From the NCBI GenBank assembly GCA_943356745.1, contig CALRFT010000001.1, forward strand, positions 75,946-139,945: a stretch of 64,000 nucleotides of DNA, given 5' to 3'. Origin of the DNA: Parcubacteria group bacterium (GTDB taxonomy: Bacteria; Patescibacteriota; Minisyncoccia; Phycocordibacterales; CSBR16-119). The translations under genes and the position numbers were made by a program. The notes under the pieces are model-generated. The model had not been told where the DNA came from, did not search any database, and saw only the letters and a list, made by a program, of their open reading frames with translations. Shown here piece by piece: positions 55,938 through 64,000 of the stretch (the stretch's first letter is position 1; every line of letters begins with the position of its first letter).

Positions 55938-57261
55938 TTATTTTTTCACTCGCCTCATTAACAGCCCTGGTTGGGTTTAATCTACCCGAAGTAACATTTG
56001 AAACCATATCTGCAAAAATATTATCTAAGATTCTAGGGTTAGGTGTTATCCACCCACGTGCAATTATTGCAGAATCAAAAAATATTTTTTGATATGGGTT
56101 TGGTGGTTTAATTGCTAGTAAATCTTTTCTTACAGGCTGAAGTCCAACAGCAGACAAAAATGATGCTGTGTAAGAGCCATTTGCGATAGCACCAGAAACA
56201 GAGAATGCACCTGTTGTATTCTTACTAATTTTAGGTACTGCTAAAGCATAAAAGTTACCGTATGTGAGACTCTTATTCAATTCTTCAATTTGAGGAACTT
56301 GAACAACATCAAAGTTCAAGTTTGGATTTTTTCTTTGTATTTCAAGTAATTCTGAGGCAAAACCAAAATATAATGCAGTTTTTCCAGCAGAAAATGCGTC
56401 TCTCGCTTCTGGCATGTCATTATTCCAAGAATAATTCTCATGTGAAGGATTTGAAAAGTTTGTGAAATATTCAAGTGAAGAAGATACCGGTGCATTTGTA
56501 ACAAGTGAAGACTCTGTAAGTAATGATTGAAAACCAGCTTCACTTTCTGTAGTCATAAGACTGCCTAACTGCATTGCAAGAGTTGATATAATCGGAATAG
56601 AATGTTTAATATTTGAAGTTTCACCCAGAGGGACGGCGGACAGATTTATTTCTATATCATTATCAGGTTTTTTAGTAATTGTTTGAGAAAAAGTAATAAA
56701 ATCTCCGTTCCAAAATGAAGGCGGGTTTACAAATCCAGCAGACTCTATAATATCTCGATTGTAGTACATAACTAAAGAATCAACCCCAATAGGAAGCCCA
56801 ACTGTCCCTTGTCTTATTTTAAATATTTCAGAACCTTGAGAATAAATGTCTCTAAAATTTCTTACCGGAAACGTTACCTCATCAAGAAGGATTAGCTTAT
56901 CTGAATATCTTGAAATAAGAGTGTGGGGTAAAATAACTATATCTGGTACATTCCCTCTGGCAAATGCCTCAAGGAGTTCTTCGTCGTAGGTTTCCGGATT
57001 TATTGGAACATAAGAAAGAACACTATTTTTATTTTCTCCATTAAAATTATTTACAAATTCAGACATGTAAATACTAGGAAATGGACCCCACATAGTAATA
57101 TTTCCTGTTGCAACAACAACACCTTCACCGCCTCTTTGTGGTGTTTTTATAAAACCAGAAAAAATCATAAGACCAAGTACTAGTCCAACACCAAGAATTG
57201 CAAGTAGGATTGTTTGAAATTTTTTTGTTTTTTGATCCATAGAATACTTTAATTGTAACAC
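55924..57261 (-). CDS. membrane-anchored extracellular solute-binding-protein (SBP family 1)-like protein; alt start 57240
   Basis: N-terminal TM anchor; SBP-like segments (…EAFARGNVPDIVIL…, …GKTALYFGFASEL…); no ABC permease/ATPase genes nearby. Confidence 0.5.
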   Translation of the reverse strand: MLQLKYSMDQKTKKFQTILLAILGVGLVLGLMIFSGFIKTPQRGGEGVVVATGNITMWGPFPSIYMSEFVNNFNGENKNSVLSYVPINPETYDEELLEAFARGNVPDIVILPHTLISRYSDKLILLDEVTFPVRNFRDIYSQGSEIFKIRQGTVGLPIGVDSLVMYYNRDIIESAGFVNPPSFWNGDFITFSQTITKKPDNDIEINLSAVPLGETSNIKHSIPIISTLAMQLGSLMTTESEAGFQSLLTESSLVTNAPVSSSLEYFTNFSNPSHENYSWNNDMPEARDAFSAGKTALYFGFASELLEIQRKNPNLNFDVVQVPQIEELNKSLTYGNFYALAVPKISKNTTGAFSVSGAIANGSYTASFLSAVGLQPVRKDLLAIKPPNPYQKIFFDSAIIARGWITPNPRILDNIFADMVSNVTSGRLNPTRAVNEASEKINDAF

Positions 57262-57285
57262 TAAAAGAAAAGATTTTATGGGGAT

Positions 57286-57819
57286 TTATTCAACATGTCG
57301 AAAAATCAAACCGTAATGATGTGGACCAGCCTCAAATCTTTTTTCTAAAACAAAACCATTATTCTCAAATAGACTCCGAGCTATTTCTTCTGAAACAACA
57401 TGAAGAGAATCAGGACCAAGTCCCGCAAAAGATTCTGACCAGTCAACAATAACAACTTTTCCATTTTTCTTCAGAATTCTTTTTACTTCATTTACTAATC
57501 CGCTTTTACTTTCTGTTTGGAATAATACATTTGAAATCAAGACAATATCAACAGCCTCACTTTTTAGTTTTGTTCCGCCAATATTTTCAGCATCACCCCA
57601 CATGGCATGTATATTTAATATATTTTTTTCTGCTGCCTGCTTAACAAGTTTTTCAAGGAGATCTTTTTGAATATCAATAGCATACACTGAACCCTCCTGG
57701 CCCACTAAAGGTGAAATAAGGAAACTATAGTGGCCAATCCCCGCTCCAATATCAGCAACAGACTTTCCAGCTGAAAGTCCGAGGTATTTTATTACTTCTT
57801 CTGGTTTAATGAAAGACAT
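57286..57819 (-). CDS. class I SAM-dependent methyltransferase
   Basis: SAM-binding motif VADIGAGIGHYS, …VYAIDI…. Confidence 0.75.
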   Translation of the reverse strand: MSFIKPEEVIKYLGLSAGKSVADIGAGIGHYSFLISPLVGQEGSVYAIDIQKDLLEKLVKQAAEKNILNIHAMWGDAENIGGTKLKSEAVDIVLISNVLFQTESKSGLVNEVKRILKKNGKVVIVDWSESFAGLGPDSLHVVSEEIARSLFENNGFVLEKRFEAGPHHYGLIFRHVE

Positions 57820-57837
57820 ATATTATATTGTAGCAAA

Positions 57838-57874
57838 TAAAAATACACATCATTATACAAATGATGTGTATTTT
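57838..57874 (-). terminator. intrinsic terminator after gyrA
   Basis: ATACACATCATT-TGTATA-ATGATGTGTAT + T-run. Confidence 0.65.
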
Positions 57875-57878
57875 TATT

Positions 57879-60347
57879 TTATAGAAGTGTCGCTGATGCA
57901 AGTTCGTCACCTTCACGAAGTTTCATCACCCTAACACCTTGTGTATCTCGTCCAAGTGTTGGAATAGTTTCGATTTCCATCTTTATCACTTGTCCTTTCT
58001 TTGAAACTACAATGAGTTCACTTGATTCTGGTGTTACAAGATTTGCAGAAATAAGCGGACCTGTTTTTGTCGTGATTTTTGCAGTTCGAACCCCAGAACC
58101 TCCTCGTCCTTGAATTTTAAATTCAGAAAGCTCTGTTTGCTTACCATAACCATTTCCCATAATCACAAGCCATGTTGCTGTTTTTGATGCTTCTTTTGTG
58201 ACAACAGACGCACCCACAACAGTGTCATTTTTCTTGAGTTTAATTCCTCGAACACCAGCAGCGCCTCGTCCCATTTCGCGAACATCCTCATCCTTGAAAC
58301 GAATAGCTTGCCCTTGCTTTGTTGCAATAATAACCTCACTATCTTTTTGCAAGAAACATGCAGAATATAGTTCATCTTCTGGAGCAAGCTTGATTGCAAT
58401 CAAACCACTTCGCCTTACATCTTTAAAGCTTTCAGCAGAAACTTTTTTAGTTGTTCCCTGTTTTGTTACAAAGATAAGATATGGAGCAGTTTCATTTTTA
58501 TTTTTCTCCATAGCAACAATTGAAGTGATGTATTCTTCGGCCTCAAGTTGCAAAAAGTTCATGATTGATTTTCCTTTTGTGGCACGTCGTCCTTCTGGAA
58601 TTTCATACATTTTAATTTGATATGCTTTTCCTTTATTTGAGAAGAAAAGCAGGTCAGCATGAGTACTTGCATTCAAAAGATGAGTTACAATATCCTCTTC
58701 TTTTGTTGAAATATCAACCACTCCAACACCTCCACGCTTTTGTGTTCTGTATTCGCTTGGATCTGTTCTTTTTACATATCCACCTTGTGTAAATACCAGT
58801 ACACTTTCTTTCTCTGGAATCAAATCTTCTTGAGAAATGTTTTTTACTCCACCCTTAATGATTTTCGTTCGGCGAGTATCATTATATTTCTCTTTGATTT
58901 CTTTCAATTCATCTGAAATTACTTTCAAGATTTTTGCACGAGAAGCGAGAAGTGCTTTCAATCCTTTAATGATAGCTTGTTTTTCTTTTAGCTCATCTTC
59001 GATTGCCTTTCTTTCCAATCCAGCCAATCTTTGAAGTCTCATATCAAGAATCGCCTGTGCTTGAATGTCTGTAAATTTAAATCTCTTAATCAAATTTACC
59101 TTTGCTTCATCTTTATCTTTTGACTTTCGAATCAAAGTGATGATTTCATCAATATGATCAAGTGCTTGCTTGAGACCGAGAAGAATATGCTCTCTTGCTT
59201 CAGCCTTATCAAGATCAAATTTTGTTCTTCGAACAACAACCTCTTCTCTGTGCTTAATAAACTCTACCAAAAAATCTTTAAGTGAAAGAGTTTGAGGAAC
59301 ACCATCAACAAGAGCAACAAGGTTGAAGTTAAAGTTCTGCTCAAGCTGAGTATTTTTATATAAAAAGTTCAAAACCTTTTGAGGAAAAGCTCCAGATTTA
59401 AGCTCTATTACAATTCGAATATCGTCTGTTGATTCATCTCGAAGATCTTTAATCCCTTCTAGTTTCTTTTCATGAACAAGATCAGCGATACTTGTCACCA
59501 GATTTGCTTTGACAACACGGTATGGAATTGAAGTAATGATAATTTCAAATTGTCCTGCTTTTGTTTCAACAATTTCAGCTTCTCCACGAGTAACAACCCC
59601 TCCACGTCCTGTTGCATAGGCTTGAAGAATATCTTTTTGGTTATAGATAAGTCCTCCTGTTGGAAAATCTGGAGCTTGAACAAATTGAACCAAATCTTCT
59701 GTGGTCGCGTCTGGGTTTTCAATCAAATGAAGTGTTCCATCAATAACCTCACCAAGATGATGCGGTGGGATATTTGTCGCCATACCAACCGCAATACCAA
59801 GTGTTCCATTCAAAAGAAGAGATGGAACAGCCGCTGGAAGAACCATTGGCTCAGTTTGACTTCCGTCATAGTTTGGACGAAAATCGACTGTATTTTTTTC
59901 AATATCACGCAGAAGCTCTGCGGCAACCTTACTCATTTTTGCTTCGGTATAACGCATCGCCGCTGCTGAGTCTCCGTCGATTGACCCAAAGTTTCCCTGT
60001 CCAATTACGAGTGGATATCTGAAAGAAAAAGTTTGTGCAGTGTTTACCATGGCGTCATACACAGCAGTGTCACCGTGTGGGTGATATTTTCCGATTACGT
60101 CTCCCACAATACGTGCAGACTTTACGAATTTTGAAGAAGGAGTAATTCCCATTTTATGCATCGCATACAAGATACGTCGATGTACAGGCTTAAGACCGTC
60201 TCGAATATCTGGAAGCGCCCGCTGTGTAATAACAGACATCGCATAAGCCAAATACGATTCTCGCATTTCTTGAACAATACTCGTAGGAAGGATTGATTCA
60301 CTTGGAACCGGTTGTCCTTCTATTTTTTCATTTGTTTTCTTTGCCAT
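57879..60347 (-). CDS. gyrA: DNA gyrase subunit A
   Basis: AAAMRYTEA active-site Tyr region, GyrA beta-pinwheel C-terminal repeats; 822 aa. Confidence 0.9.
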   Translation of the reverse strand: MAKKTNEKIEGQPVPSESILPTSIVQEMRESYLAYAMSVITQRALPDIRDGLKPVHRRILYAMHKMGITPSSKFVKSARIVGDVIGKYHPHGDTAVYDAMVNTAQTFSFRYPLVIGQGNFGSIDGDSAAAMRYTEAKMSKVAAELLRDIEKNTVDFRPNYDGSQTEPMVLPAAVPSLLLNGTLGIAVGMATNIPPHHLGEVIDGTLHLIENPDATTEDLVQFVQAPDFPTGGLIYNQKDILQAYATGRGGVVTRGEAEIVETKAGQFEIIITSIPYRVVKANLVTSIADLVHEKKLEGIKDLRDESTDDIRIVIELKSGAFPQKVLNFLYKNTQLEQNFNFNLVALVDGVPQTLSLKDFLVEFIKHREEVVVRRTKFDLDKAEAREHILLGLKQALDHIDEIITLIRKSKDKDEAKVNLIKRFKFTDIQAQAILDMRLQRLAGLERKAIEDELKEKQAIIKGLKALLASRAKILKVISDELKEIKEKYNDTRRTKIIKGGVKNISQEDLIPEKESVLVFTQGGYVKRTDPSEYRTQKRGGVGVVDISTKEEDIVTHLLNASTHADLLFFSNKGKAYQIKMYEIPEGRRATKGKSIMNFLQLEAEEYITSIVAMEKNKNETAPYLIFVTKQGTTKKVSAESFKDVRRSGLIAIKLAPEDELYSACFLQKDSEVIIATKQGQAIRFKDEDVREMGRGAAGVRGIKLKKNDTVVGASVVTKEASKTATWLVIMGNGYGKQTELSEFKIQGRGGSGVRTAKITTKTGPLISANLVTPESSELIVVSKKGQVIKMEIETIPTLGRDTQGVRVMKLREGDELASATLL

Positions 60348-60397
60348 GGCTAAAAATCAGAATTTATTAATACCTTTACATTATATCATTTTCAAAC

Positions 60398-60679
60398 CTA
60401 ATTTTGGCTTGATAAATCTGTATTTTGTTGTGTGAAATATTGGTCGATCGGCTCAACAAATTCGTCAGCTTCACTTCGTGCACCCGAAAAGATATTTTTA
60501 AAATACTGCGGCTTAATGAGTGTGTACTCAGTTCGAGATTGTTTTTTATATGGAGCCTCATACACAAACCAACCAATCAACAAAATAATGAGGACGAAAA
60601 AACCAGAAATACCAGCAACAATCATGTTTCTGGTTTTTTCTGGTTTATTTCTTATTGTTTCAATAAGAGACATTTGCAA
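60398..60679 (-). CDS. hypothetical small membrane protein
   Basis: Single TM helix (IVAGISGFFVLIILLIGWFV). Confidence 0.45.
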   Translation of the reverse strand: MQMSLIETIRNKPEKTRNMIVAGISGFFVLIILLIGWFVYEAPYKKQSRTEYTLIKPQYFKNIFSGARSEADEFVEPIDQYFTQQNTDLSSQN

Positions 60680-60685
60680 AATTAG

Positions 60686-61300
60686 CTACTTGAGAACAAT
60701 TACATTTCCTTTCATTTCTGCAAAATCTTTTTTCTTGAGTGTTGCCTTTTCTGTCGGTTCAACATTTTCTCCTGATTCCTTCAAAAACTGCGCAAGGTTT
60801 GCTTTATCAAAATCCATTGGAACTACAGCCTTTGCCTCAAGTGAATTTGCAAGCTTGTGAGCTTTGACTGGGTCAATTGTATTGTTTCCATTGATTGGAA
60901 CAAACAAAAGATCGGGTTCCACAATTTGCTCTTTGATTTTTGGATCAAGATCAGAAGAAATATTTCCACAAAAAACAATTACCATTTCTTCAAAACGAAT
61001 TTTATATACTGTGTTGTAGTATTCTTTTCCATCAATTACAGACTTTGTTTCAAATCCTGTAATGAAAATATCACTGATTTCATATTCTCCAGGACCTTCC
61101 ACAACAAAAGGTTCATTGTCTCCATATGTCGCGTTTTCAATACCATTGAAATCTGGATGGTTTGTTGTTACAAGAACAATATTTGATCCAAACTTTACCT
61201 TGTTAAATTCTTTTGAATCTTTACTGATAGGATTGATAGCGATGACTGTGTCGCCTTGCTGAATTTTGAAAAATTGTTTTCCGTGGTTTGTGATTATCAT
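60686..61300 (-). CDS. MBL-fold (UPF0173-like) metal-dependent hydrolase-like protein, degenerate metal motif
   Basis: Overall pattern resembles YtkL/UPF0173 (MIITNHGKQFFKIQ…LVTTNHPDFNG…) but the HxHxDH motif is not intact. Confidence 0.45.
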   Translation of the reverse strand: MIITNHGKQFFKIQQGDTVIAINPISKDSKEFNKVKFGSNIVLVTTNHPDFNGIENATYGDNEPFVVEGPGEYEISDIFITGFETKSVIDGKEYYNTVYKIRFEEMVIVFCGNISSDLDPKIKEQIVEPDLLFVPINGNNTIDPVKAHKLANSLEAKAVVPMDFDKANLAQFLKESGENVEPTEKATLKKKDFAEMKGNVIVLK

Positions 61301-61373
61301 GGGTCTAGTATATCACAATGAGAATAAAGAAAAAAAGTCACCCAAAGGATGACTTTTATGCATATTTGCATTA

Positions 61374-61709
61374 TTAAACTAATTTCAATTTTTTACCTGC
61401 AACAACTATCGAACCTTTACGGGTTTTTGTGTTGTAGTAAAAAGCTCGCTTTTCACTTTTACCGGCATCTATAGATCCAGGCAAACCTTGAATGAAAAAT
61501 TCTCCAATCCAAGAATCACTTGAACCGTCCTCAGGACCAGCAAAGTGGATAGAGACATTAAATTTTTTACCGATATCCATTGTACCGCGAACGTTACTGG
61601 TATTAATTGAAAACTCAACTATTTTTTTATCAAAGAGACTTGCTTGAAAGTCATACTTTGAAGGTCCGTTTGTGATATTACAAACTCCAGAAGGCAGAAG
61701 ATTTTCCAT
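61374..61709 (-). CDS. hypothetical protein
   Basis: 111 aa; no recognised domain. Confidence 0.4.
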   Translation of the reverse strand: MENLLPSGVCNITNGPSKYDFQASLFDKKIVEFSINTSNVRGTMDIGKKFNVSIHFAGPEDGSSDSWIGEFFIQGLPGSIDAGKSEKRAFYYNTKTRKGSIVVAGKKLKLV

Positions 61710-61959
61710 AACGAAAAATATTAGTTTTATTGAAGAACATTGAGGTATACGGCCCTCTTTTTACGTTGCTGAATAACTCAGTCTTAAACATAATATACAC
61801 TATATATAACTTTTTGTCAATAGATTCAATATCGCCAAAAAAAACACGGGGTTTTCCGTGTTTTTTAGGTTTCTGCACCATAAACTCAATTTACCTCACG
61901 TCGACCCGAGCGGAGCCTCCGCCGGGTGATTGAATTTATGATATACAAACTCAGGAGTT

Positions 61960-63072
61960 CTATACCATAAACTCAATCACATCCCCGTCCTTCACAATAT
62001 ATTCCTTTCCTTCAATTCGAAGTTGTCCTGTTTCCCTTGCTTTTGCGAATGAACCAAGTTCAAGGAGTGTATTCCACGCAATCACTTGTGCACGAATAAA
62101 TCTTTGTTCAAAGTCAGTGTGAATTGCTCGTCCTGCACGTGGTGCACTTGAACCCACAGGAACAGTCCATCCACGTGTTTCTTCTGGACCAGTTGTGAAA
62201 TATGTCATAAGTCCCAAAACCTTGTAAGCTTCTTGGATAAGCTTGTCGATTCCATCATCTGTGTGATCAACTCCAAAATCTTTTTTAATTTCTTCTTTTT
62301 CAGCCTTTTCCAAATCCTTCAAATCTTCTTCTGTCTTTGCATCAATCACAATATATCCCGCTCCCATACTTTCAATATGTTCCAAAACTTTTTTGAAATC
62401 TTCCGGGTGAGATTCGTCCATATTGGAAACTCCACTTCGACGATTAAGCCCATAGATAAATTTCTTTCGAGTGAGAAGATTGAAATGCTTTGCGTATTCT
62501 TCTTCCTCTTTTGAAAGTTCCACAGTGTTTGCCATTTTTTCTTCTTGAAGCACTATCAAAAACTTTTGCAAAACTTCTGTTTCTTCAACAGCTTGCTTGT
62601 CTCCTCGTTTTGCATCACGCGAAAGTCTTTCGATTCTTTTCTCCACACTCGCCAAGTCTGCTAGGATAAGTTCCATATTGATCACCTTAATATCTCGAAG
62701 CGGATCAACACTTCCATACACATGAGTAATACTTTCCCCGCCACCAACAATTGGGAAGATTCGCACCATTTCCAAAATAGCATCTACTTCTCGAATATGT
62801 GAGAGGAATTGATTTCCAAGCCCTTCACCTTTATTTGCGCCTTCTACAAGTCCGGCAATATCCACAAACTCGATTGCTGCTGGAAGAATTTTTTTTGAAC
62901 CAGAAAATTCTGCAAGCTTTGAAAGTCGCTCATCAGGCACAGCAACCACCCCGACAGATGGATCGATTGTTGCAAAAGGATAGTTCGCAGCCAAAACACT
63001 CTTTTTTGTAAGAGCGTTGAAGAGAGTTGATTTTCCTACGTTTGGTAGACCTACGATTCCGATACTAAGCAT
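61960..63072 (-). CDS. ychF: ribosome-binding ATPase YchF (Obg-family)
   Basis: P-loop GIVGLPNVGKSTLFNALT, G-domain, coiled-coil insert, C-terminal TGS-like domain. Confidence 0.9.
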   Translation of the reverse strand: MLSIGIVGLPNVGKSTLFNALTKKSVLAANYPFATIDPSVGVVAVPDERLSKLAEFSGSKKILPAAIEFVDIAGLVEGANKGEGLGNQFLSHIREVDAILEMVRIFPIVGGGESITHVYGSVDPLRDIKVINMELILADLASVEKRIERLSRDAKRGDKQAVEETEVLQKFLIVLQEEKMANTVELSKEEEEYAKHFNLLTRKKFIYGLNRRSGVSNMDESHPEDFKKVLEHIESMGAGYIVIDAKTEEDLKDLEKAEKEEIKKDFGVDHTDDGIDKLIQEAYKVLGLMTYFTTGPEETRGWTVPVGSSAPRAGRAIHTDFEQRFIRAQVIAWNTLLELGSFAKARETGQLRIEGKEYIVKDGDVIEFMV

Positions 63073-63073
63073 A

Positions 63074-63313
63074 TTATTTTCCGAGCATTATTTTTTGAAG
63101 TTCGCCCTGGTGTTTTCGCATAACTTCCATCATTGCAGCCTGTTGATTCATTCCTTGTTTTTCCAAAACCTGTGCTTCTTTTGCAATTTTTTCAAAAAAT
63201 TGAGGATTCTTAAGAACAGCTTCGATAATCATATCTTGCTGTTGTTGCGGAAGACCTGTTTTTTTAAGTTGGTTTTGAAGTAATTTCTTTACAAAAAAAT
63301 CTTTAATTCCCAT
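63074..63313 (-). CDS. hypothetical small protein
   Basis: 79 aa, Gln-rich helical. Confidence 0.4.
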   Translation of the reverse strand: MGIKDFFVKKLLQNQLKKTGLPQQQQDMIIEAVLKNPQFFEKIAKEAQVLEKQGMNQQAAMMEVMRKHQGELQKIMLGK

Positions 63314-63430
63314 GATATTAAAATATTATTTATAGTCTTTTGATACTAGCAAAAATTAAGGAAATAAACAAAAACAAGAAGTATTTACATCAAATGTAAT
63401 TTATGTTATAAAAAACAAAAATAAATAACA

Positions 63431-63709
63431 ATGGAAACACGATTTATTGTAGAGGGCTTGATTGGTATAACCTGTCTATTCATGTTTATTGATTTAATGA
63501 AACCAAAACCCGTATTTGGAATTCAATACAAAATCAAAGAAATACGAGCGAAAAATGTAGTCCTAGAAAATGTTAACACAAGAGAAAGATTGAAAGTTAC
63601 AAAATCTTTTCTTTACGAACAGGAAACTTTCTCAACGGGAGACATTGTTCAGATGCAAAGTATTTGGATTTATGGTGGTAAAACGCATCAAAAACTAAGA
63701 AGGATTTAA
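63431..63709 (+). CDS. hypothetical small membrane protein
   Basis: 92 aa, one TM helix; followed by a hairpin terminator at ~63727-63757. Confidence 0.4.
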   Translation: METRFIVEGLIGITCLFMFIDLMKPKPVFGIQYKIKEIRAKNVVLENVNTRERLKVTKSFLYEQETFSTGDIVQMQSIWIYGGKTHQKLRRI

Positions 63710-63813
63710 ACTCTTGTTCTTATTTACAAAATCACCTTCGGGTGATTTTTCTTTTTCATCAATGGAAAAAGAATAGGCTTTTTTCTTTATAAAAAATTCT
63801 TTATACTAAACCT

Positions 63814-64000
63814 ATGACCCTCGAAGAACTCCATCAAAAAAATCATGAACTTTGCACTTGTAGCCTCAAAGAAACTGCAACCCAGCCAGTTTTTGGAAAT
63901 GGGAATGAAAAGGCTGAAATTGTATTTATTGGCGAAGCGCCGGGAAAAGATGAGGATAAAACAGGGGTTCCCTTTGTTGGGCGAGCAGGACAATTTTTGA
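63814..64000 (+). CDS. uracil-DNA glycosylase family 4 (3′-truncated by window end)
   Basis: [61 protein letters not shown] – Cys cluster plus GEAPG…PFVG.AG motif of family-4 UDGs. Confidence 0.7.
   Translation, partial: MTLEELHQKNHELCTCSLKETATQPVFGNGNEKAEIVFIGEAPGKDEDKTGVPFVGRAGQFL

Overview
This 64-kb window is AT-rich and gene-dense. It looks like a small-genome, Candidate-Phyla-Radiation (Patescibacteria)-like bacterium using the standard bacterial code. TGA is a real stop here: the cysteine desulfurase gene ends in TGA and the rRNA methyltransferase gene ends in tandem TGA TGA. Most genes sit on the minus strand and are separated by strong, recurring GC-stem/T-run hairpin terminators. 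Housekeeping genes: dnaX, rimK, dus, serS, dprA–topA, a short rel, parB, miaA, rpmG, rlmB-like, uppP, clpB, a cysteine desulfurase, a short infB–rbfA, gyrA and ychF. Eight tRNAs were found: Gln, Leu-CAA, Trp, Tyr, and a cluster Leu-TAA / Cys (antisense) / Lys / Leu-TAG. Accessory content worth a closer look: (1) an extracytoplasmic methionine-repair module with a Met-rich thioredoxin and a CcdA–MsrA–MsrB fusion protein; (2) three tandem paralogous giant surface proteins anchored by C-terminal peptidoglycan-binding domains (an Ig-repeat protein, an SGNH/sialate-O-acetylesterase-family esterase, and a 1399-aa GLUG/beta-helix adhesin) with recombined, duplicated 3′ ends; (3) a three-gene block of a split-motif metallophosphoesterase, a CX3CX2C/HExxH protein preceded by an (ATACAAA)6 repeat, and a large caspase-like protein, sitting next to tRNA-Gln; (4) a sigma-70/ECF-type factor interrupted by a single in-frame TGA; (5) an array of six paralogous two-transmembrane, VirB2/TrbC-like (T4SS-pilin-like) proteins, three carrying large variable ectodomains, plus a membrane-anchored solute-binding-like protein. 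Coordinates read from the raw sequence may be off by ±1–3 nt. Frames were anchored to the supplied ORF track.
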